Source: an uncultured Clostridia bacterium (GTDB lineage Bacteria; Bacillota; Clostridia; UBA1381). Taken from it: a stretch of 64,000 nt of DNA. Shown here piece by piece: positions 48,328 to 57,377 of this stretch. The notes under the pieces were generated by a model. It was not told where the DNA came from. It saw only the letters and a program-made list of their open reading frames with translations, and made no database searches. The stretch spans positions 69,483-133,482 of the forward strand of contig CAKSFY010000001.1 of assembly GCA_934454035.1 (NCBI GenBank). Direction: 5' to 3'. The stretch's first letter is position 1, and each line of letters opens with the position of its first letter. The translations under genes were made by a program, and so were the position numbers.

Positions 48328-50094
48328 TTACTTTTCAGTCCTGATTATGTTATCTACAGTCTCTGTAATTTTTTTATTCAAGTCATCAAATGCCGACAAA
48401 TCATCATTCGGAATATTATACTTCATTCTGATAACTTCATCACAGATTCCGCTCTTTCTCACCGCTGAGAATACGACTCCGTTTTCCACAACCTTCATTA
48501 TTCCGTCATACAAATTGAGAATCGTTTCCATCATTTTATTCTGTTTCTGCATAGGAACATAAGTATCATCCTTATGATACGCGTTCTGTTGCAGGAATCC
48601 GAGCCTTATTACCCTTGCGATTTCCAGAACCGCACGCTGCTCGTCCGGGAGGACATCCTCTCCGATAAGCTTTACTATCTCCATAAGCTTGCTTTCTTCC
48701 TGCAAAATGCTGACCAGCTTAGCTCTGTTTTTAACAAATTTGGAATCAATATTTTCCGAATACCAGTCGCTCAAATCGTCCAGGTATTCCGAATAGCTTG
48801 TGAGCCACGCAATAGCCGGATAATGGCGCGCATATGCAAGAGATTTATCAAGTGCCCAGAAACATCTGATAAAACGCTTTGTATTCTGGGTTACCGGTTC
48901 CGAAAAATCCGCCCCCTGCGGTGAAACCGCTCCTATAATTGTAACCGAGCCTTCGGAGCCGTTTAAGTTATCCACATATCCTGCACGCTCGTAAAATCCC
49001 GAAAGTCTTGAAGCAAGATATGCCGGGAAACCCTCCTCCGCAGGCATTTCCTCAAGACGTCCGGAAATTTCTCTCAAAGCCTCCGCCCATCGGGAAGTTG
49101 AATCCGCCATAATTGCAACATGATATCCCATATCTCTGTAATACTCGGCAAGCGTGATTCCCGTATAAATGCTTGCTTCACGCGCTGCAACAGGCATATT
49201 TGAAGTATTTGCAATAAGCACGGTTCTGTCCAAAAGCGGTTTGCCCGATTTCGGGTCAAGAAGCTCTGAAAATTCTTCCAGAACCTGCGTCATTTCGTTT
49301 CCTCTTTCGCCGCAGCCGATATACACTATTATGTCCGCGTCAGACCATTTTGCAAGCTGATGCTGTGTCATTGTCTTTCCCGTTCCGAATCCGCCCGGAA
49401 TAGCAGCCGCTCCGCCTTTTGCAATCGGGAACATAGTGTCAATTACTCTCTGTCCCGTTACAAGCGGCATCGAAATGGTTCTGCGCTCGGTAAATGGTCT
49501 CGCTGTTTTTATCGGCCACTCCTGCGTCATTGTAACGTCTTTTTCTCCGTCCGGGGTTTTTAATTTCAGAATCGTATCGGCAATTGTGTAATCGCCGTCT
49601 TCGGCAACCCATGTAACCTCACCCGAAAGCTTCGGTGAAAGCATTACTCTGTGCGTTATAAGCGAGGTTTCCGGAACCTCCGCAATTATGTCTCCGCCCT
49701 TAAGCTTATCGCCCGGCTTTACTTTAATTGTTGTTTTCCATTTTTTGCTCTCGTCAAGTGACTTTAAAGTCAACCCCCTTCCGATAAAAGAACCGGAAAG
49801 CTCCTTTATGCTTTTTAAAGGTCTTTCTATTCCGTCAAATATGTTGGACAGTATCCCCGGAGCAAGCATAACCGAAAACGGTTTGTTCATCGAATATACC
49901 GGCTCGCCGGGTTTTAATCCCGAGGTTTCTTCATAAACCTGAATTACGGCGGCATCGGATTTGATTCCGATTACTTCGCCTATAAGCTTCATATTGCCGA
50001 CCAAAACCATTTCCAGCATTTTTAAAGAGCTGTTGCCCTTCGCTTCGACAACAGGGCCGTTTATACTGTAAATATATCCTTCATTCTTATTCAA
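48328..50094 (-). CDS. atpA: V-type ATP synthase catalytic subunit A
   Basis: It has Walker [32 protein letters not shown] and PAYLASRL. The product is 588 aa. Confidence 0.95.
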   Translation of the reverse strand: MNKNEGYIYSINGPVVEAKGNSSLKMLEMVLVGNMKLIGEVIGIKSDAAVIQVYEETSGLKPGEPVYSMNKPFSVMLAPGILSNIFDGIERPLKSIKELSGSFIGRGLTLKSLDESKKWKTTIKVKPGDKLKGGDIIAEVPETSLITHRVMLSPKLSGEVTWVAEDGDYTIADTILKLKTPDGEKDVTMTQEWPIKTARPFTERRTISMPLVTGQRVIDTMFPIAKGGAAAIPGGFGTGKTMTQHQLAKWSDADIIVYIGCGERGNEMTQVLEEFSELLDPKSGKPLLDRTVLIANTSNMPVAAREASIYTGITLAEYYRDMGYHVAIMADSTSRWAEALREISGRLEEMPAEEGFPAYLASRLSGFYERAGYVDNLNGSEGSVTIIGAVSPQGADFSEPVTQNTKRFIRCFWALDKSLAYARHYPAIAWLTSYSEYLDDLSDWYSENIDSKFVKNRAKLVSILQEESKLMEIVKLIGEDVLPDEQRAVLEIARVIRLGFLQQNAYHKDDTYVPMQKQNKMMETILNLYDGIMKVVENGVVFSAVRKSGICDEVIRMKYNIPNDDLSAFDDLNKKITETVDNIIRTEK

Positions 50095-50108
50095 AATCCG
50101 ACCCTCCC

Positions 50109-50693
50109 TTACGCATTTATATTAAGTCCGCTTGTTTTCAAAAAGCCGCTGCGCTTTTCGTCAAGCATTTCCTTAATGGTATAATCCACCGACAAATTAC
50201 CGCATCTTGCCGCAAGACCGCCTGTAAAGTCATTGCCGCAGGGCATAACCGTACAGCCGGGAACGGCTTTTTCCAAATCTTCTTTATAAGCCGAATCCTT
50301 TTGTGAAATCCGGATTTCTCCGACGCCGACCTCAGCACACGCTTTTTTTGCCAGATTTACAAGCCAATCCTTATATTCCGGTGACGAAACAAATTCGTCA
50401 AGCTTGCTTTTTACCTCGCTGAAAACTTCGTCGATTATATCCTCACGCATTTTTAAAACCTGTTTTTTTGCCGCCATTTCATGCTTTAGAATCCGCTCGT
50501 TTTCTTCCTTTGAATATTTGCTTACCGCTCTTTGAATATCTTCGTAAGCGTCCTTCAAAAGCTCTGTTTCCTTTTCACCGACGGCATGCTTTTTCTTATC
50601 TTCAAGCTCTTTTACCGCCTTTTCCTTTTGTGCCTGTGCTTCGGACAAAATTACATTTGAAAAATCGGCAAGCTTTTTTTCTATATCTGCCAT
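50109..50693 (-). CDS. atpE: V-type ATP synthase subunit E
   Basis: The product is 194 aa, with a long charged N-terminal helix and a globular C-terminal domain. It sits next to subunit A. Confidence 0.8.
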   Translation of the reverse strand: MADIEKKLADFSNVILSEAQAQKEKAVKELEDKKKHAVGEKETELLKDAYEDIQRAVSKYSKEENERILKHEMAAKKQVLKMREDIIDEVFSEVKSKLDEFVSSPEYKDWLVNLAKKACAEVGVGEIRISQKDSAYKEDLEKAVPGCTVMPCGNDFTGGLAARCGNLSVDYTIKEMLDEKRSGFLKTSGLNINA

Positions 50694-50717
50694 ACACTAT
50701 CATTTCCCTTCATAGCA

Positions 50718-51026
50718 TTACAATTTCAGTCCTATTGCTTCGCGGACATAATTATTAATACTGTTTACAATATCACGGCTTCCGTGCCTGTCCGGGATTT
50801 CCACAATCAGCGGAACCGGACTGTTCATTTTAAGGTCGCTTATCTTTTCGGGAATAAGCTTTCCCAGCTTTTCGGTGAGCAGCACAATGCCTATTTCGGG
50901 GTCGGCGCAAACCTTGTCAAGTTCCTTTGAGACCTCATCGGCAGTGTGCAGAACGCATCCCTCAATCCCTGCCAGGCGCATACCGATTTGAGTATCGATA
51001 TTATCGCTTATAAGATACATTTCCAT
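50718..51026 (-). CDS. atpF: V-type ATP synthase subunit F
   Basis: The product is 102 aa. The pattern DTQIGMRLAGIEG...IGIVLLTE is typical of V-type subunit F. Confidence 0.85.
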   Translation of the reverse strand: MEMYLISDNIDTQIGMRLAGIEGCVLHTADEVSKELDKVCADPEIGIVLLTEKLGKLIPEKISDLKMNSPVPLIVEIPDRHGSRDIVNSINNYVREAIGLKL

Positions 51027-51041
51027 AATTATGACCTCTTT

Positions 51042-51458
51042 TTAGCTGAACAGAATCAAAAGTGATATAATAAGTCCGTAAAGTGCAATACCTTCGGCAA
51101 GTGCAACGAAGATAAGTGTTTTACCCATGATTTTCTCATTCTCGCTCATAGCGCCGATAGCAGCAGATGCAGCGGAGGAAACGGCAATACCGCCACCTAT
51201 GCCCGAAAGACCTGTTGCAAGTGCCGCACCAACATACATAAGACCGTCAACCGCCTGACCTGCCTCACCGCTTGCTGCTGCAAATGCCGGAACTGCGTTT
51301 GCGAACATTGCTATGCTTGCAATTGCAAAAAGCGAGAAAAAGCTGATTACATTCATAAGAATACACTGTTTACCCTTTGAGCAGCCGCTTGCGCGATACC
51401 AAATAAAGGGAACCAAAACACTTGAAAGCATTAATACCAATAAAATTTTAATCAACAT
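51042..51458 (-). CDS. atpK: V-type ATP synthase proteolipid subunit K
   Basis: The C-terminal hairpin has a Gly-rich helix (ATGLSGIGGGIAVSSAASAAIGAM) and a carboxylate helix (FVALAEGIALYGLI). An unrelated two-helix extension of about 65 aa lies at the N-terminus. Confidence 0.85.
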   Translation of the reverse strand: MLIKILLVLMLSSVLVPFIWYRASGCSKGKQCILMNVISFFSLFAIASIAMFANAVPAFAAASGEAGQAVDGLMYVGAALATGLSGIGGGIAVSSAASAAIGAMSENEKIMGKTLIFVALAEGIALYGLIISLLILFS

Positions 51459-51493
51459 AATAACAACATTCCTTTCGTAGTTAAAAATATAAT

Positions 51494-53371
51494 TTACTTT
51501 GCGGCAATAAACGGTTTTCCGTCGCCTTTAAAATATCGGCTGAACATCTCGTAGTATTCGAGACGAAGCACTTGTATTCCGACTATCAGTCCTTCAAGTC
51601 CCATAACAAGGGCATTGCCGAATATTTTTACAATAATTCCACCGATTCCGCTGCCTGCAAGCATTGTGACCGCAAGCATCATTCCGACGTGAATAATGGC
51701 AAATGCGCCCACACGCAGGAACGAAATCGTGTTTGTAACAAAGCTCAAAAGCACATCGAACATTTCAAAAAAGCTTTCGACAAAGAACATTCCGTCCTTT
51801 TTGGTTTTGTTCTCCGCTCCCGAAACAAGCTCGGTAAGAGGAATTTCAAGAAACATAAGAACAAATGTTACCGCCATCAGTATTCCGAGAAGCTTAGAGC
51901 TTATTCCGAGTTTTAAAACCATGTTCAAAACCAAAAGCAGCATTGAGACATAAAATACAAGTCCCGATACTCCATTAGGGCTGAACAACAGCTTTCCGAT
52001 GTCTTTTTCCTTAACCGAATTTATCATATTAAGAACCATGCATATCAAAATCAGCCCGATTCCCAGCGTAACCGCGCCGATAAGCATGAACATTATCTGG
52101 TCTAGCGGTTCTATAAGCCGTACCGAGGATAAAATCTCTTCATTCCCGAACACGCTACCGTATATAAACCCAAATCCGATTCCCGATACGCCCACCGCCG
52201 AAATAATAGCCGCAAGCTTGTTTTTCGTCTTTCTGTACAGAAAATACCCGGCAATTGCAAAAATTGCACTTTGTCCGACATCGCCGAACATTATTCCGTA
52301 GAGCAGGAAATATGTAATTGCAAAAAATATCGTCGGGTCAATCTCGCCGTAGCTCGGCAATCCGTACATATTTACAAACATCTCAAACGGTCTTATCAGC
52401 TCGGGATTTTTAAGCTTTGTGGGCGGCTTGACATTCTTCATCATATTCCTTGCGTCATCCATGAAGAATATGAGCGACTCATCCGAATGAGCCTCCTTGT
52501 CAAGCTTTTTTGCTTCCTTGACCGGCATCCAGCCGACTATATAAAAGAAATCGTTACTGTGCGCCGCCTTTCGTTTTAAGGCTTCATACTTCATATGCTC
52601 TTTTGCATATTCGTAAATTCCGAGCAGCGTATCCAAATTTTTTACCGCTGCCGCTTTAATCTCCTCATCAACCCTTGAAATATCTTCTTTTAACGTCTCA
52701 TTCTGCTTTTGGAGATATTTGCAGGTTTCCTGCGGTGTTCCGATCGCCGCGTCCGGAATAACAAGCTCATCAAAATAAAGCGAATCAAAAACTGCATTTA
52801 TTTTTTCGGCATGTGATTTCGGGGCAAAATAAAATCCCCAAATATCCTCTTTTTCTTCAGAAGTTTTTAAAAAGATTGCCTCTATGTCTCCCAAAAAAGT
52901 TTTTAAGGTTTTGTAGCTGCTCTTCGGCATTCTGCCGAAATGATAATCTATAAACCGAAAATGCAGAAGCTTTGTAAGATCCACATCTACATTTACCAGA
53001 TTATCAAACTGATGAATGATTTTCTCATTCTCCGAAATCCTCGACAAATTAAGTTCCTTCTCACTGCTTATATCAGCGATTTGCTTTTCCGCGTTATCCA
53101 GGAAACCGGACATTTCCTCATAACTCAGCGAGATTTTTCCGCCGGAGCCATCAGGCTCGATATTGGCTGCGGAAAGAATATTTTTTGCCGCATTAAACAA
53201 GTTATCAAATCTTGCGTCCTCCTCAAACGGAACGAGCTTTTCTCCGTTTTCGAGAACAGATACGGCATTTTCCAAATGTATTTCCCTGCCGACAACATAC
53301 TTTGAAACCAGCTTGTCGAAATCACTGATTTTTCCGGCAATTGTTACGGCTTCCATTTTTAGAACTGACAA
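51494..53371 (-). CDS. atpI: V-type ATP synthase subunit I (a-subunit)
   Basis: The product is 625 aa, with a cytoplasmic N-terminal half and a polytopic C-terminal half carrying the conserved SFLRVGAFA arginine motif. It has a TTG start with an AAGGAG SD. An alternative ATG lies at 53356. Confidence 0.9.
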   Translation of the reverse strand: MSVLKMEAVTIAGKISDFDKLVSKYVVGREIHLENAVSVLENGEKLVPFEEDARFDNLFNAAKNILSAANIEPDGSGGKISLSYEEMSGFLDNAEKQIADISSEKELNLSRISENEKIIHQFDNLVNVDVDLTKLLHFRFIDYHFGRMPKSSYKTLKTFLGDIEAIFLKTSEEKEDIWGFYFAPKSHAEKINAVFDSLYFDELVIPDAAIGTPQETCKYLQKQNETLKEDISRVDEEIKAAAVKNLDTLLGIYEYAKEHMKYEALKRKAAHSNDFFYIVGWMPVKEAKKLDKEAHSDESLIFFMDDARNMMKNVKPPTKLKNPELIRPFEMFVNMYGLPSYGEIDPTIFFAITYFLLYGIMFGDVGQSAIFAIAGYFLYRKTKNKLAAIISAVGVSGIGFGFIYGSVFGNEEILSSVRLIEPLDQIMFMLIGAVTLGIGLILICMVLNMINSVKEKDIGKLLFSPNGVSGLVFYVSMLLLVLNMVLKLGISSKLLGILMAVTFVLMFLEIPLTELVSGAENKTKKDGMFFVESFFEMFDVLLSFVTNTISFLRVGAFAIIHVGMMLAVTMLAGSGIGGIIVKIFGNALVMGLEGLIVGIQVLRLEYYEMFSRYFKGDGKPFIAAK

Positions 53372-53391
53372 GTTATCATCTCCTTACCTGC

Positions 53392-54426
53392 TCATTCGAT
53401 ACATATGTAATTTCTGATTATATCGGGTGAAATCCCATAGCGCACACCCTCGATTATTGTCTTTATATTTTCTTCCTCCGCAGTCAGCAGACAAAAGAAT
53501 GCAAAAACCTGGGTTATTGTTTCGGGATACAGCTTATATGCTTTTTTTGCGTTTTTGTAATATATATTTTTATAATTATGCTCAATAAATGCATTATCGC
53601 CGTCTGCGTCCAGTATATCGGCATAATTTGTCCCTGCGATAATCCTTTCGGCTTCTTCCGTACTGTCCGCTTCAACCACCGCCGATATTTCCTCGCTCGA
53701 AAGCCTGTAATACACAGGTATCAGATATGTATAAACAAGCTCTGCCGGTGTTTTGAAATATCTTTTGCAGCGATATATCCACATTATATTGAGATAGTCA
53801 ATAAGCGTGCCTACATACTTTAAAAATACATCATCACCCGAAACATATTTTTTTGCTTCGGACCAAAGCTTTCCGAAATACAGACGGTCAAGCATCATAC
53901 AAATGCCGGGATAGTCACTGTTTCTCGACACCGCTCTTTCCAGAACCGGGCAGAAAACCGTATTTCTGCAGGCAGCCGCAACATCGGCAACTGTCTTGCT
54001 GCCGGTCAGCTGCTCGGTGTCGATTCCCGAATGCTCTTTAAAAAATCCGCCCGTCATATTTTTAATTTCTCCGGGAATGGCTCGCTCATGTCCGAAAATT
54101 CTTCCGAGAGCAATTTTTAAAACCGTGATTTCCGACTTCATGAACAAAAACCGCAGGATTTTCCGTTCTTTGTGTCCCACAAACTTGTAAAGCTTTTGAT
54201 AATCACTGTCAAACTTTCGCTCTATATGCTCCTCCAGCGCTCCTCTGTGAACCGCTCCGTCATTCATATCCGATATGAACGGTGCATAATAAGTCTGCTT
54301 TAAGTATGAGCTTATTTCTCCGACGGAATGCTTTTCAAGCATGGCATTGTAATCATCGGCAGTTAAATACCCCGAATGCATCGCCTTTATCTTGGTTGAC
54401 AAGGCGCAAAAATCATTATTCATCAT
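53392..54426 (-). CDS. atpC: V-type ATP synthase subunit C (eukaryotic d-type)
   Basis: The product is about 344 aa and all-helical. The N-terminus KIKAMHSGYLTADDYNAM is typical. The start is at ATG 54426, with a GGAGG SD. Confidence 0.8.
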   Translation of the reverse strand: MMNNDFCALSTKIKAMHSGYLTADDYNAMLEKHSVGEISSYLKQTYYAPFISDMNDGAVHRGALEEHIERKFDSDYQKLYKFVGHKERKILRFLFMKSEITVLKIALGRIFGHERAIPGEIKNMTGGFFKEHSGIDTEQLTGSKTVADVAAACRNTVFCPVLERAVSRNSDYPGICMMLDRLYFGKLWSEAKKYVSGDDVFLKYVGTLIDYLNIMWIYRCKRYFKTPAELVYTYLIPVYYRLSSEEISAVVEADSTEEAERIIAGTNYADILDADGDNAFIEHNYKNIYYKNAKKAYKLYPETITQVFAFFCLLTAEEENIKTIIEGVRYGISPDIIRNYICIE

Positions 54427-54442
54427 TCTCCGCCTCCGGTTT

Positions 54443-54757
54443 TCAGACAATTCCGATAATTTCGTTATAAATCGAATTTACCCATTCATCTTTTTTATTT
54501 TTGCGGACTTCATCGAGATTTTCCTCCGCTTTTTTGTAAGTTTGGGTTATTTCCTCTATTTTTTTATCCGCATAATTTTTTTCGGTAGTTTTGATTGTTT
54601 CGTACTTTTTCGAAACTCTGCCATTTATGTCATTACGAATGTTTTCTACATCCTTATCAATATCGCTTTTCAATCCTGATTTCATTTTTTGCGCCTCCAT
54701 GATAATTTCCTGTGCGCGCTCTTCAATATTGATAATCCGATTTATCACATTTTCCAT
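54443..54757 (-). CDS. V-type ATPase small stator-stalk subunit (G/H-like coiled coil)
   Basis: The product is 104 aa and highly charged and helical (IINIEERAQEIIMEAQKMK...). It is the first gene of the V-ATPase block. The start is at ATG 54757, with an AAGGGAG SD. Confidence 0.6.
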   Translation of the reverse strand: MENVINRIINIEERAQEIIMEAQKMKSGLKSDIDKDVENIRNDINGRVSKKYETIKTTEKNYADKKIEEITQTYKKAEENLDEVRKNKKDEWVNSIYNEIIGIV

Positions 54758-54776
54758 AAAAATCAACTCCCTTATG

Positions 54777-56144
54777 CTAATTTTTAAGACTTTGCAGCGG
54801 TGCCGGAATACGTCCGCCTCTTTTTATAAATTCGTCGCTTGCCGCCTTTTTTACTGCCATAACCGGGCCGCTGCCCAGCAGACCGCCAAACTCGACTGTA
54901 TCGCCGACATCCTTGCCCGGTGCCGGTATGATTCTGACTGCCGTTGTTTTTGAGTTAACCATACCTATTGCCGCTTCGTCGGCAATAATTGCCGAAATTG
55001 TTGCGGCGGAGGTATCACCCGGAACAACTATCATGTCAAGTCCGACCGAGCATACACAGGTCATGGCTTCAAGCTTTTCAAGCTGCAAAACTCCGCTTTT
55101 TGCGGCGCTTATCATTCCGGCGTCCTCGCTTACGGGAATAAAAGCTCCCGATAATCCGCCGACATATGACGATGCCATAACACCGCCTTTTTTTACTGCG
55201 TCATTTAAAAGTGCGAGCGCCGCGGTTGTTCCGTGAGTTCCGCAGGTTTCAAGTCCCATTTCCTCCAATATATATGCCACACTGTCACCGACTGCCGGAG
55301 TCGGTGCAAGCGACAGGTCAACTATTCCGAACGGAACATTTAATCTTTTTGAAGCTTCTGTTGCCACAAGCTGACCCATTCTCGTTATTTTAAATGCAGT
55401 GTTTTTTATTGTCTCGGCAACCGTTCCGAACGGTTCGCCCTTGACCTTTTCAAGCGCGCATTTTACAACTCCCGGGCCGCTTACTCCGACGTTTATAACA
55501 CATTCGCCTTCGCCCTCGCCGTGAAAAGCGCCTGCCATAAACGGATTATCTTCAACCGCATTGCAGAACACCACCAGCTTGGCACAGGCAAATCCGCCGG
55601 AATCCTTTGTAAGTTCGGCTGCTTCTTTTACAACCTCGCCCATTTCTCTGACCGCGTCCATATTGATTCCTGCACGCGTAGAGCCTATGTTTACGCTTGA
55701 GCATACAATATCCGTTTCAGCCAAAGCCTTCGGAATCGATTTTATCAAAAGTTCTTCGCCCTTTGTTGTTCCTTTATGAACCAGTGCCGAAAAGCCGCCG
55801 ATAAAATTCACACCGACCTTTTTCGCTGCCTTATCAAGAGTTTTGGCAAGCTTTACGCAATCGTCAACAGTCGGATTGTCAAGTGCGTCAACAATTGACG
55901 CAATCGGCGTTACCGAAATTCTTTTATTTATAATCGGAATTCCGAACTGTTCTTCTATATCCTCGCCTGTTTTAACCAGATCTTTGGCATAAGTTGTGAT
56001 TTTTTCGTAAATCTTTCCGCATGCCTTGCCAATATCGGGATCGGCGCAGCTTTTTAAGGATATACCCATTGTGATTGTTCTTATATCAAGATTTTCCTTG
56101 TCAATCATATTGATTGTTTCAAGTATTTCAAAAGGATTAATCAT
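54777..56144 (-). CDS. UPF0210 / DUF711 (PFL-like) family protein
   Basis: The N-terminus [24 protein letters not shown] is the family hallmark. The product is 455 aa. It is always paired with the small ACT protein upstream. Confidence 0.85.
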   Translation of the reverse strand: MINPFEILETINMIDKENLDIRTITMGISLKSCADPDIGKACGKIYEKITTYAKDLVKTGEDIEEQFGIPIINKRISVTPIASIVDALDNPTVDDCVKLAKTLDKAAKKVGVNFIGGFSALVHKGTTKGEELLIKSIPKALAETDIVCSSVNIGSTRAGINMDAVREMGEVVKEAAELTKDSGGFACAKLVVFCNAVEDNPFMAGAFHGEGEGECVINVGVSGPGVVKCALEKVKGEPFGTVAETIKNTAFKITRMGQLVATEASKRLNVPFGIVDLSLAPTPAVGDSVAYILEEMGLETCGTHGTTAALALLNDAVKKGGVMASSYVGGLSGAFIPVSEDAGMISAAKSGVLQLEKLEAMTCVCSVGLDMIVVPGDTSAATISAIIADEAAIGMVNSKTTAVRIIPAPGKDVGDTVEFGGLLGSGPVMAVKKAASDEFIKRGGRIPAPLQSLKN

Positions 56145-56156
56145 AGCTGCCTCCTT

Positions 56157-56420
56157 TTATATTCTATGCATTGAGGAGAACAGTTCTTCATTCTGCAAAT
56201 GAATCGAAACACCTATTTTTTCTGCAACCTCATCAAGCTTTTGTGATATTTCCTTTACGGATTTTGAGGACATATCCACCAGCATAACCATGGTAAAAAG
56301 TCCCTGCATTATGGTTTGGGAAATATCAAGAATGTTAATATCATTCTGATAAAGTACATTGCTTACCTGTGCAATTATTCCCGTTTTGTCCTTTCCGACA
56401 ACCGTTACTACAGCTTTCAT
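56157..56420 (-). CDS. ACT domain protein, UPF0237 family
   Basis: The sequence is MKAVVTVVGKDKTGIIAQVSNVLYQNDINILDISQTIMQGLFTMVMLVD. The start is at ATG 56420 with an AAAGGAG SD; the track start at 56447 is TTG. Confidence 0.85.
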   Translation of the reverse strand: MKAVVTVVGKDKTGIIAQVSNVLYQNDINILDISQTIMQGLFTMVMLVDMSSKSVKEISQKLDEVAEKIGVSIHLQNEELFSSMHRI

Positions 56421-56699
56421 ACTAATTTGTTCTCCTTTAATTTTCAATATGTAAAATATTATTTAATTTCATATATAATAATACTATTTTTCAAAAAAAT
56501 CCACCGCCATATTCAGGCATATATATCTAATTTATATATATTTAAAGCGTTTATGTAATAATATTAATTGTTTAAGTTGTTTTTCTTTTGTTTTCTGTTG
56601 TTTTCTTTTGTTTACGCAAAAATATTAGCTAATATTCACAAAAATTGTTATAATAATCACAAACATTTGGAAGTTATTCCGACAAAATATTTAAAATAT

Positions 56700-56728
56700 T
56701 TGACACAAAGCCGAAAAAGGTATATAAT
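56700..56728 (+). promoter_or_regulatory. Consensus sigma-A promoter for the thioesterase gene
   Basis: It reads TTGACA (56700-56705), exactly 17 nt of spacer, then TATAAT (56723-56728). Confidence 0.65.
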
Positions 56729-56758
56729 TAATGCAAAAAACACGGAGGTTTTTGGGCA

Positions 56759-57265
56759 ATGAAGGTTACAGAAAAGCAGCGAAACAGTAAAATGTGCGTT
56801 ATATGCGGAATGGACAACAAATACGGAGTTCATGCTCAGTTTTATAATATGGAGGACGGCTCGGTCGTGTCACCGTTCAGATTTTCCGAATGTCATCAGA
56901 GTTATCCGGGCAGGGTTCACGGCGGAATGATTACCGCTATGCTTGATGAAATCGGCTTAAGAGCAATATGGACAACCGAGCCCGGAGTATGGGGCGTGAC
57001 AATGTCGCTCGAAACAAAGTACAGAAAACCTGTCCCGTACAATGAGGATCTTTTTGCCGTCGGAAAAGTGGTATCTTCAACGCACAGATTTATGCAAAGC
57101 GCAGCTTATATATATGACGCAGGCGGAAATCTTCTTGCAGAGGCTAAGCTAAAATACATAAAGCTGTTACCCGAGCAGATTACCGACTCCGATTATCACG
57201 AAGAAATGTGTTATTATAATAAAGATAAAATTAAGGAAATTCCGCTTAATTTTATAAAAAAATAA
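56759..57265 (+). CDS. Hotdog-fold (PaaI-type) thioesterase
   Basis: It has the GRVHGGMITAMLDE motif of PaaI/4HBT-type thioesterases. The product is 168 aa, and a GGAGG SD lies upstream. Confidence 0.7.
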   Translation: MKVTEKQRNSKMCVICGMDNKYGVHAQFYNMEDGSVVSPFRFSECHQSYPGRVHGGMITAMLDEIGLRAIWTTEPGVWGVTMSLETKYRKPVPYNEDLFAVGKVVSSTHRFMQSAAYIYDAGGNLLAEAKLKYIKLLPEQITDSDYHEEMCYYNKDKIKEIPLNFIKK

Positions 57266-57267
57266 AC

Positions 57268-57296
57268 TTGCATTTGAGAATAGCATATGATATAAT
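57268..57296 (+). promoter_or_regulatory. Sigma-A type promoter for the two SLH paralogue genes
   Basis: It reads TTGCAT (57268-57273), a 17-nt spacer, then TATAAT (57291-57296). A small hairpin, ACTATCG/CGATAGT, follows in the leader. Confidence 0.55.
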
Positions 57297-57377
57297 TAAT
57301 AGTTGGTACAGACTATCGTTTCGAACCGATAGTTTTCCTGTATCCGCAAATAACTATAAAGAGGGGATGAACATAAC

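Noticed and set aside
56568-56762. 64-aa ORF in the AT-rich spacer, and the 81-aa ORF at 60862..61107
   Set aside because: The 56568 ORF has a TTG start. Neither ORF has an SD, and their Phe/Leu/Ile-rich sequences are generated by T-rich non-coding DNA. The 60862 ORF overlaps the convergent terminator region.
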